In this document: positions 63,815-64,000 of the stretch, piece after piece | Layout of the letters: each line of letters starts with the position of its first letter | How positions within the stretch are numbered: the first letter of the stretch is position 1 | Assembly: GCA_963725145.1 (NCBI GenBank) | Contig: CAVRXL010000003.1 | Location: 142,369-206,368, forward strand | Reading direction: 5' to 3' | From: an uncultured Acidobacteriota bacterium | GTDB taxonomy: Bacteria > Acidobacteriota > Vicinamibacteria > Vicinamibacterales > 2-12-FULL-66-21 | Length of the DNA: 64,000 nt | The notes under the pieces: generated by a model | The model's database searches: none | The model's input: the letters and a program-made list of their open reading frames with translations, nothing else | What the model was told of the DNA's origin: nothing | Made by a program: the position numbers and the translations under genes

Positions 63815-64000
63815 ATTTCGCGCTGAGCACGCTGAGTTAGCAGAGCACGCTGAGAAGACCGGGGACGAAGAGGCGCAGCGACACAGAGCGGTCCATTTTG
63901 GTTTTCTCTGCGCCTCTGCGTGGTGGACGGAGCAGTCTCTGTCTGTCACACCCAGGGAAATATCGAGCTCTCGGGCGCGCCTCACCTGATTACGGTCGGG

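Noticed and set aside
63869-63917. A 10-bp inverted repeat (AGAGGCGCAG / CTGCGCCTCT) with a 29-nt loop downstream of the prolyl oligopeptidase gene, plus GCACGCTGAG repeats at 63821-63855.
   Set aside because: It probably belongs to the short-repeat families already described. It is too close to the window edge to judge context or terminator function.

Overview
This is a high-GC (roughly 68-70% by eye) bacterial chromosomal segment with about 50 densely packed genes. Two gene families point to Acidobacteriota: an ADOP-type duplicated FtsX permease and an acidobacterial-type VWA protein. Most genes are housekeeping: nadE, transketolase, NAD-type isocitrate dehydrogenase, proline dehydrogenase, CCA-adding enzyme, threonine dehydratase, infA, a DEAD-box helicase and glucokinase. 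The window is also rich in peptidases: CHAT, C11, M1, MA, M20, a GGT fusion, M24 and an S9 prolyl oligopeptidase. I found no rRNA, tRNA, CRISPR array, prophage, intact IS element or recognisable defence system.

The observations most worth a second look are:
1. A lower-GC pair of adjacent caspase-fold proteases at the left edge: a cytosolic C11/clostripain-like protein with a (RFTGVGS)x5 tail, followed by a TPR-CHAT lipoprotein.
2. An orphan gvpA-type gas-vesicle gene on a roughly 54% GC, 400-bp cassette flanked by 9-bp direct repeats.
3. Two head-to-head paralogous TLC/MFS-HEAT giant proteins, one with two cNMP-binding domains, next to a FecR-OmpA-CHASE2/HD-GYP operon.
4. A DisA_N-like protein with a degenerate RHR motif, divergent from an adenylation-ACP-acyltransferase fusion.
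5. Several families of hairpin and short tandem repeats. Some are read through in-frame inside conserved enzymes, including an identical 22-nt palindrome in two genes translated in two different frames.
6. Palindromic ATTATAAT boxes in three divergent intergenic regions.
7. Two apparent 1-nt frameshifts and a tiny IS5-type transposase relic.

All calls come from reading the sequence and the ORF translations; no searches were run.
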